Assembly: GCA_030324005.1 (NCBI GenBank)
Contig: JARDVH010000084.1
Span: forward strand, 61,754,617 to 61,818,616
DNA from: Negaprion brevirostris
Lineage: Eukaryota
DNA: 64,000 nucleotides
Direction of reading: 5' to 3'
Positions within the stretch are counted from its first letter, which is position 1. Every line of letters starts with the position of its first letter. Under the pieces are notes generated by a model. The model was not told the DNA's origin and ran no database searches. It worked only from the letters and a program-made list of their open reading frames with translations. The translations under genes were made by a program, and so were the position numbers. Below are positions 49,827 through 62,460 of the stretch, one piece after another.

Positions 49827-51504
49827 TCTAAAGTATCCAAATTTCAGATGGTGTTTAGGACATTCTTTTGCAAAATTGGTGGAATTACTGTATCCAGTGT
49901 TATTAGAATTTTGCAATTTTTCTAGATTTACAAGGGAGCAGTGCTGCACCTTGACAAGAAAGTCAGAGGATTTGGGAGGCCTGTCACCCAGACTTCAATG
50001 GTGGGGTTTTAGTACGGCTTGAAATGGAGCACAGGTAGCAGTAAGAAGAAAGACCTTTTACCAAGGGTCTTGAGTAAATGCTTCTCCTGCCTCATCCACA
50101 CCAAAGACTGATCTCTGCCACCTACACAACTGAAATTGTAGCCACACAGCAGGCTAAGGATGGCGCTGCCACTGGCCATCAAAATAACCATCAGCCTAAA
50201 TTTGGTGCCAGTAGATCATTCTAGGTAAGTGCAGATGACATTAGCAACACCCCACAGTTCACTGTCCATCACTGGTAGTCTCAAAGACCTCGCACAGGAG
50301 ACAGGATTTCATAATATTCCCACTGTCTAGAGAGAAGCCGAAGGAGCAAGCTTGTGGCTATGGCAGGACGCCAAATAATGCAGAACGCGATCAAATGCAG
50401 ATAAGCAGCTCTGCAGGCCCCGCACGTTAACAGGCAGGTAACCAATAGGACTACTACTCGATTAACTGATCGAAATGATGTGACCACGCCCAGAACCTCT
50501 TCTCAGTGAATACCCACAGCCCTGACAGTAGCAGTAATGAATTTGTTCTGCTCTAGGTTAGCCATTATCAGCTATCTAGCCCATCATGAAGAGCCAGAGG
50601 CTTGCTGTTGAGCGACAAGGGATAACTACTCTGCAGCTGGCTTGTGATTCCCCTCCACTGATGAGAATAAAGTGCCTATAATGAGAGCTATGCAACAAGA
50701 AGGGACACCATGGAGCGAACTGTCTGTGCTGCTTGAGCTATTCAGGAGGGGTGGGTGGAGAGGGATCCTCCATTACTCACTAGAGCATGTATCCAGGTTC
50801 ATAGAATGTCTGTGCCCTTGACATCATTGCTATCATAGGGGTGCAGTCATTGCTATCAGGTTCTTTAAGCTCACCGAGGGAAGTGGAGGAAAAAAAGGGA
50901 TTGCAGAGAAGGATGAGGAGGTTGAAAGATCAACGAGGAAGGGAGTAGGCTTTCTGGACCTCTGCACTCCAGGTGAGCTATGAGCAGATACTTGGCTTTC
51001 CATTCCATTGGGCTGTCATCCATGTGGCACAGTTGCTGCAAAATTCCCCATTTTTCAACCCTTCTTCCATGGGCCATCACAGCATCCTCTTGTCCAAAAT
51101 CATGGGATAAAAACCACTAACAAAGAAACATTCCATAAAAATCTTTATCCACCAACAGTTCCAACAACAAAATCAAAACAGATCTACTCACCTTTGTGCA
51201 TTTACTTACTGATTGTCTTGTCGGTGTCTTTGCTTGTCCTACTACTCCTACACACTGCAGTTGGAAGACTGCTGACTTTCACTGGAAGTAAGGTGGCATA
51301 TGGTTATGAGGTACAAACTTTGCCAGTCCAACAGGCTGACACCAACATCTTGGAGGAAAAGGGTCAATGAACTCATCTACACTAAGGTTGTACAAGTGTC
51401 TGGAATTATTTATAAAGCTTTGAGTGTGACTGCAATAAGTTAGACTAATTAGGCTGCTAATACATCCAATCGACTTACTATCAAATGTGCTGAATTGTCA
51501 AGGC

Positions 51505-52045
51505 CATAAGGAGTCCGACCATAATCTAATCTCACCAGCTTTATATTAATTATGTTAATGATATCTTAAGACAATTTGAATTAAGGAGAGCTCAGTAAGC
51601 CAACAAGCTCATTCAGCTCTTCATAGCTCTTGTAACTATACCTCTCAATCTGTTAGTGCTCCAGAAACCCATCTAATTGTATATTGACCCTAAAAGATTG
51701 TCTCTTTAAAATTGAATACCTGGTGCATGCTTCCACAAGCCCATTGGCCTTTGGATAAAGAAATTCTGCCTGAAATGACCTTTTACTTCTAATTTTTTTT
51801 ATATCTTATGTCCCCCGGTATTTGAAATATTCAACATAGTGAACAATTTTCCCAGATCAACCACTTCAATTTCCTTCAAAATCTGAAAAAAATACAATTG
51901 GGTCACCTTGAAACCTTCTCTTTTCCCAAAAGAAAACCAGTCTAACATCTTAACCCTTTATGTGATTTAAATTGTTGATCCCCAGAATCGTCTCTTTACT
52001 GACTCCACAGCAATTATATCTCTGTTATGGCTGTGAACAATACAA
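51505..52045 (-). mobile_element. Very old CR1 3' fragment
   Basis: GGATAAAGAAATTCTGCC and CCTTCTCTTTTCCCAAAAGAAAAC CR1-like motifs. Confidence 0.5.
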
Positions 52046-53695
52046 CTTCAGTACAAAATTACTAGTTATTATTAAAGCAACAATAGAAAATGCAGATTTT
52101 TTTGCATTATAGGTATGAAATAAGAATATGTATCCTAAAAGAGGCATAATCAATAGAAACTGTGATTTCATACATAACTATCCGACTTCTATTTAGACAT
52201 TTTAACATTACGGATGTAGTTGTTGGTTAACAGGGACTGAAGAAAAGCTACAGATACAGCTACACCAATTTATTATGTAAAATATTTTGAACATGTCACT
52301 TTAGAATAATTGATGCAGTTACAAATTGCATACTCAAGGAAAAAAATGGGTTAGCAAAAATGAATGGCAAGTTTAGATGTGGAATGGAATAAAGAGATAT
52401 ACCATGGTGATAGCTTTTCAGAAAATATGGCTCTCAAGTTTAGACATTTATCAAGGCCCATTTCTTTTGTATGACATGGTAACTGCATGAAGCCTTCAAA
52501 GCACATTTGCCTGCTGCTGAGAAGTTCAGTCACTAATACAACCTATTTATAGAAAAATCCTCATGATTAAATTTATGAAAATACTTTCATGTATCGTTAT
52601 GGTCCAAAAAAATTACTTCAGGAATGCGGAACATTGCAAATGTCTCATCCGAAATCCTGCCTTTTTAATTGCTAAATAGAATTAAGATCTAGGAACACGT
52701 ACTGTATCATGTGTGTTTCTGACCTTGGGCTGTCAAAAAGTTTTCAATCTATCTTGCGATGGTAATTTAAAAACGCTTAAAATGAAGACAGGGTTACTCT
52801 ATAGGGCATTTATTTTACCTGCTGGTCAGCATCTATAATTTTTAGTGTATCCTTTTTATGATGCAATTACATTCAAGCAGCTTACTCACAATTTTAATAA
52901 GGATTTTAAATATGGTATCTTATTTCCCTTTCACCCTTTTAACCTTAATTGGAAATGTGCAGATCACTAATTGAGGCATGCTCAGTGAGTATCTTACTCA
53001 GGAGATTTATTGTGATTGATGTGGTGTAGGAATTCATTTGGGTTTTGGCTAATTGCTGAATCTTCCTTTTAAATCTGATTCATTACCCTGGGAAAACCAT
53101 GGTGCTTTCTGACTGCAACAACATTTCCAGAATAAGCAGAAGTATTGGTTGTTGTAGAGTTTTTGATGCCTTGTTAAGCTATTTATGCTAATTAGAACAA
53201 TGAAAATCAATTTCAAGTAAACCAAGGACTCATTTTGCTATCTGTTATTGTTTTATATATGATAATAGAACTGAAAAGACTAACGACAGATATATCTTTT
53301 GTTTAGGACATTGATGTCCACAGAGGTTAAGCTTAGCAAGGATAACATGCAAGGTAATCTGGTCTTTTGCTTTATAAGGCCGAAGGTTGTCTAAGTGTTA
53401 GTATTGCAGACAAGACTTATTCTAATCCAGTCATGTTAGTAAACTAAAATATAAGTTACATGGAAGGCATCAAAAACTATTGATATTTCACTTTTTAAAA
53501 AAAACAGATTTTGTGCCAAAAATGAATGTGAAATAATTTTTATGAATTTATATTCACTGTCCAACAAATTTGCTATGGGACATTTACCCATGAATAGGAT
53601 TTCAACTTGTTTGTTTAAGTTAAATTTGAATCTTGTCTGCAAAAGATAAAGGAGGCAATTCTAATTTACTAGTTCCTAATATTTTAGATTTTAGA

Positions 53696-53998
53696 ATTAT
53701 AGATTCCTTCAGTACAGAAGGAGGCCATTCAGTCCATCGAGTCTGCACTAACCGCAATCCCACCTAGGTCCTATCCCCATGCATTTATCATACCTAGACC
53801 CCCTGAAACTAAGGGGCAATTTAGCATGGCCAATCCGCCTAACCCGCACATCTTTGGACTGCATGAGGAAACCGTAGCGTCTGGAGGAAACCCACACAGA
53901 CACAGGGATAACAGGCAGATACCACACAGACAGTGACCCAAGCTGGGAATCAAACCTGGGTCCTGTGAGGCAGCAGTGCCAACCATTGTGCACCGCCC
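53696..53998 (-). mobile_element. HE1 V-SINE
   Basis: Full head-to-tail match to the other copies. Confidence 0.9.
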
Positions 53999-54049
53999 CA
54001 CCCTTTGCTATGGAATGACAATATAAACTGTTCATTCCACTAATATTTT

Positions 54050-54275
54050 TTAAAGTTTATTTATTAGTCACAAGTAATGTTTGCATTAACACTGCAATGA
54101 AGTTACTGTGAAATTCCTCTAGTCGCCATCTTTGGGTTAATGCACCTAACACAGCATCTATGCAGACACAGGGAGAATATGCAAACTCCACACATACAGT
54201 GACCCAAGCCAGGAATCAAATTCAGGTTCCTAGCCCTGTGAGGCAGCAGTGCTAACCACTGTGCCACATGCCGCT
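54050..54275 (-). mobile_element. HE1-related SINE, alternative tail, internally deleted
   Basis: GTGAGGCAGCAGTGCTAACCACTGTGCC head plus CATTAACACTGCAATGAAGTTAC tail. Confidence 0.8.
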
Positions 54276-54356
54276 CACCTCACTAAACCAGGACTTGCAA
54301 TGACTATATCATGCTAATGTACCTTGCAGCATAGGGAACTTTTTAGCACTGAATGT

Positions 54357-54492
54357 GAGTAGAATTTTCCCGCCCTGCCTACCATGGAATCGTAGCGGGC
54401 GGGACAGAAAGTTCAGCAGACTATGCAAAGGCCTGTTGACCTTGGGCGGGAATTTCTGGTCTTGGAGTGAGCGCGGCCGGAAAATCCTGCCC
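54357..54492. mobile_element. ~135-bp MITE
   Basis: GAGTAGAATTTTCC / GGAAAATCCTGCCC TIRs. Confidence 0.8.
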
Positions 54493-55189
54493 ATATATGT
54501 AAGGTGCATACTTGCATCCTGTGTCCATATGCTTCAGTAACAACACAACATCTAACACATTTCACTGGTATAGTTCTACAAAATAAAATCTGCTGGCAAT
54601 ATTGGAAAAGTGTACAGTTAAGGTGCAAAATTGATTGTTTTATAACCATTAATCACTAACAAAATTCCTCTGTTCAAGTGAGCTATCATGGGATTTTGTG
54701 CAGACACGTGCATAACAAGGCACTGTAATTGTGTATCTGCCTATGTAACTATTATTGCTACAGAAATCAGTTAATTGAATCCCAGTTGATGCCATTTCCA
54801 ATTTGCCAGTCCAAGAAACAACAGACAGCATGCTGATGAACTCACATCAATGTAGTTTTGCATAAAGTTTTGGGGGTGAACAGTTTGCATAAAAACCAAG
54901 GCCTGAAATTCATCCATGGCATGCATGCCTGATTAGTGGGCCCAGAAGCAGATGCAATATCCACTCCTGCCCACGATTGGTTTACGACCCTGATTTACAG
55001 TCGCCCAGCATGAAATGTGCACTGAAATTATCTTGGTATTGCCGGAGGGAGCTGGGAAGGTGTTGATTCCGATAGGATTTATGGTGGGGGTGTTCAAAGA
55101 TACTCAGTGACCTCCAGAAGCTAACAAAAGCCAGAAGCCTCAAGGAACTGTATGCCAATGCGTGCAGTAAGTATGGGCTCAGGATCTGC

Positions 55190-55442
55190 TGCTCATGCCA
55201 AGTGGGAAGGCAACGCCCATGGGCTGTCTGCCCTCCATTTCTTGGATGAGTACCTATTGGTTCCACTGGAGGCAGTGACTGCCCAGCAGGATATTTTAAT
55301 ACTGTGGGATAGTAAGGGGATGCCACCTCATCAGACGAAAAGGGCTTGGACTCAGGTGACTGCCTAGGTTAGTGGGCATAATGGATTTGCTGCACTTTCA
55401 GTGCCATAAAAGGTTCAGTGACCTTTGCATTCTCTGCCAGGG
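55190..55442 (+). pseudogene. Harbinger Myb/SANT-like DNA-binding protein exon remnant
   Basis: ALHFLDEYLLVPLEAVTAQQDIL..TKRAWTQVTA*VS..QCHKRFSDL followed by a GTGAGT donor. Confidence 0.65.
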
Positions 55443-56999
55443 TGAGTACTGAGTACAGATGTCTGGTTGGATGGCAGGACTTCCTGGCATATACAGATAT
55501 ACAGTGCAGTGTGCCAAAAAAGTCCATGAAAAGCTGGATGCTTTGGATGTGTGTATGAGTGAGTTATGCCAATTTGGTGGGTATCTTGTCTCATGGGGTG
55601 AGGAGTTTGGTATCGAATGGCATGTTGAGGAGGGAATATTGAATGCACGTGGCCTTGCAGGAGAAGAGATCCATTATATGCAAGAGCATGGACATAGGTA
55701 GTGGGTTTCCAACTTCCTGATCCTGACAGATGCTTGAGCTCACATGGGAGCCTGGAGGCAGGTCCTCAGGGCTGGAGAGGTAGGTGTGTAGGAAGAAGAT
55801 AATGTCAAAGCGTTTAAAACATGGAGGGCAGTGGAAATTTGAAAGTGCTGTTTAAACTAGTATTACCCTTTTTTTGCCCATTCACAATGCCTCACTAAGG
55901 CACTCGTTTATTGTAAGAAGCAGCTGGAGAGCACGCACTGTGGCTTTGTCGTGATGTTTTCTACTAATACTTTCACTTCCTCCCTCCGATGTACCATCTT
56001 CTTGATACTATAGAGTCCCCGATGTTCCTCCCTTAATCGCTATGGACAGATGCATCCTCACCACATCCTCTCTCTGTATTATGCATCTATGTAGACACAG
56101 GCACATTAGTGGGCATTACTGTGTCAAATCTGATGGCAGTGCACAGTGGTGAGGACATAACGCATTCACCTGGAGGACTTCANNNNNNNNNNNNNNNNNN
56201 NNNNNNNNNNNNNNNNNNNNNNNNNNNNNNNNNNNNNNNNNNNNNNNNNNNNNNNNNNNNNNNNNNNNNNNNNNNNNNNNNNNNNNNNNNNNNNNNNNNN
56301 NNNNNNNNCTAGCCCACACCCTGGCTACGTTCAGACCTGCTAGCCCACACCCTGGCATTGATCTCACCCAGTGTGAGAAATGAATGCGGCACCTTGTAAC
56401 TCTGCTAGGTGTCTGTCCATCATTGGTATGCAGGGAGGTGCAAACCAATCTCGTGTTGACAGATGAGCTGCAGTTTGCATCTCCAGCACCTTCAGTGCAC
56501 TCTGGATGATGGCAGCAGCTCCTCCATCTCTCTGTCAGTGACCGTCCACATCTCATGAGATCATGACAACTGAGGAGTGTCCAGCCATGGAACAAGACCC
56601 CCCTCCAGCCCAACTGGCTCCGCCAGCCAGAGGTCATTTAGATCAACAGGACATCAGAATCCGGTTGCCTCCAGTGCCACTGCTAGCAAGGGAGGACACC
56701 ATAATGCTGCAATCGCAAACACAATTTTACGTCACATTGAGCACTGGAAGGGCTGTCATGGGTGACATTAATTTATTTGAAATGTGTGTTCTGTTCATTT
56801 TGAATCCACCACGTAAATGTCTCATTGTATGCAATATACTAAATGTGTTTCCTGATTGTCATTGGTGATTGGCCTGAGAGTTGCTTTGACATAGGGGAAG
56901 GACTGCAAACTTTATTTCAGAGTTTAAACCTTGACTTAAGAATGACAGGATGGTCTCATCAGATAAGATCAGCAGGGTGTCATCACTTACAATGCCGGC

Positions 57000-57400
57000 T
57001 TTGGGTGCCTAGCTGAAAGTTCTGAGAATTTAGGCCCCACTGGTCTCTCTGCCTTCCTTAGGGATCCTCTCTCTGGCATACTACTCCTTACCTGNNNNNN
57101 NNNNTCCTCCGGCATCTCCTCAGACCTAACACTTAAGTTTTCCTCTGTGACCTGTGGAGCAACATTGCTGTCTTCATCCTCCAATAGGTCCCCCCTTAAC
57201 AGGGCATAGCAGACCACTACAATAAGTGAGACGCATTCAGGGGCTACTGAAATACTTCCCCTGTCTGATCCAGGAAGTGAAACCGCAACTTGAGTAGCCC
57301 TATGGTCCTTTCAATTGCTGCCCTTGTGGTGGCATGACTTTGAAAGTAGTTCTACTCAGCTTCTGTCTTTGGATATCTCAGTAGCAGTATGAGTTACCTT
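57000..57400 (-). pseudogene. Harbinger (HARBI1-like) DDE transposase C-terminal remnant
   Basis: SHATTRAAIERTIGLLKLRFHFLDQTGEVFQ*P..LIVVVCYAL, matching the H..TR..IE..G.LK.RF motif, followed by an acidic tail. Confidence 0.8.
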
Positions 57401-57409
57401 TTCACTAGG

Positions 57410-57770
57410 TAGCCTTTGTCACCAAGGAGCCAATTTTCTCTATCCCAGCTTCACTGTTCTGTATGTAACCTTCTCTGGAATTCTGCATACCACCAGCTAG
57501 GAACTTTGGTACATCCTTACTCATTTGTCCTCGCCATTAGCAGCTGCACCTTTAATGAAATAACTCCTAAGCTCTGGAATTCCCTCATTAAACTTCCTCA
57601 CCCCTCAACCTCACTCTCCTGCTTTCAAATTTACCTTCTGACCTGACTTTAGCCATCCTGATATCTATCCGTTAGATCCTGTGTCAGTGTTTGTTCTATG
57701 CTTCTGTCATACAATTTGGGTTGTTTCTTCAAGGCTAAAGGTGCTATATAAATGTACACCATTGTTGCTG
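57410..57770 (+). mobile_element. L2 LINE 3' end
   Basis: CCTAAGCTCTGGAATTCCCTC; terminal AAAGGTGCTATATAAATG. Confidence 0.7.
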
Positions 57771-59330
57771 ACTGTTCAATGTAGCAAACACCTAAAGGGT
57801 GGGGAAAGCACCTGCTGAGGCAACCAAAAATATCCATACTTTGATGGAGTAAGCAGTGAATTTTTCAACCATCCACCTGAAACCTGAAAAAAACTGCACA
57901 GTGTGCTGCACAGCTCTGGAGTAGAGTATTTTAATCCTTCTCGAGATCAATGTTGAAATTGCACAATTTCAAGGTAAGCTGCGTATTTACTGTAACCGAA
58001 TTTATATTCTGTGTTTTTCATTTCATCAAACTGTCAGCAATGTTCACTCAACCAGTTTCTGATATAATGGTGTTCTGCTGTGGCAGACAGGGTTTTGCTG
58101 TAAAAGAGTTGTGCTGTACTGCAGTGTCATCACATCCTAACTAAGTCCCCAAGCCCTACCTTCATGGGAATACATTTTGATCAGTTTAATCTAAGTACGC
58201 TACACTTTCGTACATCTTTCCCAAATGTTGCCAGAACAGGCATGGAGATTATATCTGGCCTGACAAAAAATAGAAAGGGTAGGAGAAACGAATAAAGAAA
58301 TTGCAGGCCGTCCAGTTGGATGTCTGTTGTGTGGAAGTTATTATTCTCTGTGGGGAATTAGATTAGATAGTCCCTGAAAACAGACATGATGACAGTAGTT
58401 CCTCTTCCCTGTACAAGGAAAGCTTTTGACGATCAAATCATTTTGATAAAGGCGGCTGGACTTTTAATACGTCCTCCCATATTGGATATTACCACACTTA
58501 TCCTGAGCAGCCACCTGTGCAGGGAAATTGGTGCTGGTCAATTACAAGGTGATACTTACAACATGTTAAATGTGCAGGTTACTTTGGACACTGTCTGCAT
58601 CAGTTTGAAAAGAATGTGCTGACAGTCCTGCTCTATTCCATGTCAATTCAAAAATCATATAACGGAGACGATTAGTTGATCAGAGAGTAACCATGGGGAC
58701 AGAACTGGAATCCCATAATCCATTTACTTCCTTCTGCATTCCAATTCTGTGTCACTAAAAGATGTCTCTANNNNNNNNNNNNNNNNNNNNNNNNNNNNNN
58801 NNNNNNNNNNNNNNNNNNNNNNNNNNNNNNNNNNNNNNNNNNNNNNNNNNNNNNNNNNNNNNNNNNNNNNNNNTAGAGGAAGTTTTTTGAACAGTGAAAA
58901 TGTATTGTACATTGTGGTGGCTATTCTTGGTAATACTTAATATAATTATTGTTGAATACCAATAGGATAATTGCTTGAACAGCAACAAAGGGTTGGAAAT
59001 TGTACTGTTGAGCTTTGATCTTGCATTGGCCAATAGCTCGAACGACCAAGGATAGCAACACAGTGGAGGTGATCCAGTGTTTTCTCTGCTTGCAAATCCC
59101 AATTTCTCCACTTAATGATGATAAAGGGATTGTAAACAACTTGAGGTCTTTATCTGAAGGGCTATTTGTAGACTNNNNNNNNNNATTAACATGTCAAGTT
59201 GCTACAGAGCAGTAATCAAATAAACAAATAGAATGCTGAACCATATTGTTGAATCAGCAGAACATAAATAATTTGCTATCAGGAAAATGTACAGTGATCT
59301 GGCTAGACTGCCATTAGTGAGCAATATTGA

Positions 59331-59609
59331 TGTGATAACCCCCATGATGTCCATGGGAAATCACTGATTGGTCTTCCTGTGGGGCTCATTGAACATGAGT
59401 TCCCCTGGTAATAGGCAGTCAGTCACCTGCCCAGCTGAAACTCATTACCTGAGCCTTTTATAAGGCAGACCCAGGACTAGGCCTGCTGATCTGTAGTCCC
59501 AGGTAGGGACAAGTGTATGTACTCTACAGTAGTGGTTTTACTTCACATTCTGTAATAAGCTATGTTCCTTTCCAGTTGGGCTTCCTGAGCCATTACGTTG
59601 GCAACAAAG
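59331..59609 (+). repeat. Possible Gypsy LTR with degenerate PBS
   Basis: Starts TGTGA, TATAA at about 59459, AATAAG, ends CATTACG then TGGCAACAAAG (TGGCGACGAG-like). Confidence 0.5.
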
Positions 59610-59737
59610 AATGAGCCCTGAAAGTGCATGTGTGCAGNNNNNNNNNNNNNNNNNNNNNNNNNNNNNNNNNNNNNNNNNNNNNNNNNNNNNNNNNNNNNNN
59701 NNNNNNNNNNNNNNNNNNNNNNNNNNNNNNNNNNNNN

Positions 59738-59850
59738 TCTTTCCTCAAATAAGGGGACCAAAATTGTGCACAATACTCCAGGTGCGGTCTCACCAATGCC
59801 TAGTATAGTTGCAGCAATACTTCCTTGCCTTTATATTCTATTCCTTTAGT
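59738..59850 (-). mobile_element. CR1 fragment
   Basis: LVRPHLEYCAQFWSPYLRK. Confidence 0.85.
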
Positions 59851-60179
59851 CACAGCTATGCTTCAGCTTTAGTTAAGCTTCAGTCAGTATTAATCCTAAG
59901 CATGATGAGCCTACCCTCTCAATCGCATTCTTTGACAATCTTTGAGGGAGAGCTATGTTATCCATAGGATAAGAAAACTTCCATCACGCAACTCAGAGGA
60001 GCGCACTCCTATATCGTTATCCCCTCACAAGAAATGTTTCAGCAAAGTGCTTCAATATTGATGCAGTCATGCAGTTTGAATCTTCTATAGGAATAAAATC
60101 AATTGACAAAATCCCCCCAGAGACCCTGGGGACAAGCAGGTTTCAAAGGTCAAAGCATCACAGCACAAATGTCAAAGGA

Positions 60180-60530
60180 AGAGGAACGGATTGATTCCAT
60201 CGTTAATTTCCAAATGTCAGCCTGTCACGTCGAGAATGTCAACCGGGAAACAGCGAATCAGGAGCCAGCTGCCATCTTAATTGCTGAAATATGATTGATT
60301 CATTAGCATTTCCAAATGTTGAAACAAGTCTAATGAATAAATAAACAAATCCAGTCTTGGCCGGTTCAGGTGTTGCGTTGGAGTGGGCTGGGGTCTTTTG
60401 GAATTAAATTCAGCTTTACCAAGTCACATTTCTCTCCTTGCTAATTGCTGTCTGGATATGCTCCCAACAAATCCATTAAAGACAATTATGTCATCATTAT
60501 ACAGTGTGCTGTTTTGAGCTCAAAACTCCA
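60180..60530. promoter_or_regulatory. Candidate conserved non-coding element / enhancer
   Basis: TE-free block with TGATTGAT, ATTAGCAT, ATAAACAAA, several TAAT and retained CpGs; conservation not verified. Confidence 0.4.
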
Positions 60531-60641
60531 TATTCTCAATATGTCAATTTGTTACTGAATTGAAATTGAAGTTCTGAGGAATTGCCAATATGTATCTGAA
60601 TTACAGAGATTACTAAAATACTGGGGATGGTATATTTACAG

Positions 60642-60940
60642 TGGTATGATGGCGCAGTGATTAGCATTGCTGTCTCACAGTGCAGGGACTTGGGTTCAAT
60701 TCCCAGCTTGGGTGACTGTCTGTGCGGGGTCTGCATGTTCTCCCCACATCCGCGTGGGTTTCTTCAAGTGCCCCAGTTTCCTCCCACAGTCTGAAAGACA
60801 TGCTGGTTAGGTGCATTAGCCATGCTAAATTCTCCCTCAGTGAACCTGAACAGGCTCCAGAGTGGGGTGACTAGGGGATTTTCATAGTAATTTCATTGCA
60901 GTGTTAATGTAAGCCTATTTGTGACATGAACAAAATAAGT
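60642..60940 (+). mobile_element. HE1-related SINE, alternative tail
   Basis: tRNA-like head, V-domain, TTCATTGCAGTGTTAATGTAAGCC tail. Confidence 0.88.
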
Positions 60941-61417
60941 AAATTTGAAATTATGAGCTTATGACAGTTTTCAGGAATATAAAATGCTATTCATCTATTT
61001 TTTATCATTTGTGTATTGGACACTTGAAAGATCATCCTCTCTCCATTTGGCCTTAAACCACTTCCCTGACCACCCAACTCAATCTGACCAATTCATTGGA
61101 TTCCGCATTTCTCTTTGACTGTTCTTTAGTCTACAAGTTACATGCATTCCGTACCCACTGGGCACCGCAGGGGCTGGGGTGCATTCTAGACCCCGACAAT
61201 CACATTTTGATTTGATGTGTCTTATGTTTCCTTTGTACTTTTGTTTTTGTTTGAGCTGTTCCCCTTCCTTTTGGGGAGCTGCCTCTTTTACTTTGTCCTC
61301 ATTTAATTTGAGTTTGTCTATTTGGTTTGACCTTAAAAGAGGACAAAGAATGAGAAAAGTTTCAACAGCCTTGCCTTTCAAAGAACCTGGTTTGACAGTG
61401 ATGGACAAATATTGAAA

Positions 61418-62460
61418 ATGCTGCTGTTTGGAAACTGGAAATTAATGATGCAGGTGTGGAGAATAGGACTTGATACACCAAAAGAATGAGATATTTCTTG
61501 AAGGCAAATGGGATAGAAGAGGGCAACCAGCAAAATATCATTCTCCTGACTGCTTGTGGGACTCTATCAGCATCATAAAAAGTTTAACCTACCCGGCAGC
61601 CACAGATGCACAATCTTTTGCCGAATTGGTAGATTTGGTATCGGACCACATGACACTAAACTGTCTGTAATATTGCAATGCTACATGTGTAACATGGCAA
61701 ATAGACTCCCTGAGGAACCAATCACTGAATTCTTGATGAGACTGTGGAAACAATGGAGCTCTGAGTATGGGCCAGCACTCCCAGAAATTTTAAGGGATTG
61801 TTTAGTATGTGGAATTGATCGTACTGTGACCCAAAGGACACGACTGACTCATCCAACTCTGGACCTCAAGAAACTCATAGAAGTTACCCTTTCCCACAAA
61901 AACATGAAAAAGGAGCCCAAAAGCTTCAGGGTCCATAGATGATATTGTCCTTGGCTTTGGGCAACCCCCATACCACAGAATCAAGTCCCAGTGGATAATG
62001 TTTGCATCTCCCCTTTACTGCCAAGAAAGGGTGATTGGATTGAAGATCGTGCAACTCCAGCACTAGAAGGGAAGTTTCTCCACAAGACAGTGAGGAGCGA
62101 GTATATCGTGCTGCACTTGTAGTCATAGGGTCTGACCTGGACAAGACTACTGAAACAGGTAAAATGTGTACAGCCCACCCAAAGGGCAGAGCCACCTCAG
62201 GACAGGACTTTATAAACAAACTAGTCCAAGAATGAGGAATTGATGCAGCTAAATGTGCATCACTGCACATTTGGTGGCCCCAATCAAGATTAAAGTCTAG
62301 GTAAATCGGTACCCCCTAGACATGGAGGTAGAGCGACTGTATCTATTATTGGGTATTGGGGAGCACCTTTTAAGTGACTCCAATTGGGCATCTTGTCTTT
62401 AAGATTGTAGAACACTAAGGTTAAATTGGCCACTTACTAAGGCAAGATTAGTCGCTTAGA
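61418..62460 (+). pseudogene. Ty3/Gypsy (Mag-like) gag and protease remnant
   Basis: IIKSLTYPAATDAQSFAELVDLV, RLPEEPITEFLMRL..EYGPALPEILRDCLVCGI; protease-like VNRYPLDMEV. Confidence 0.8.

Larger units (their letters stand above)
54900..57400. mobile_element. Degenerate autonomous-type PIF/Harbinger transposon
   Basis: Convergent Myb/SANT-like (+) and HARBI1-like transposase (-) remnants. Confidence 0.75.
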
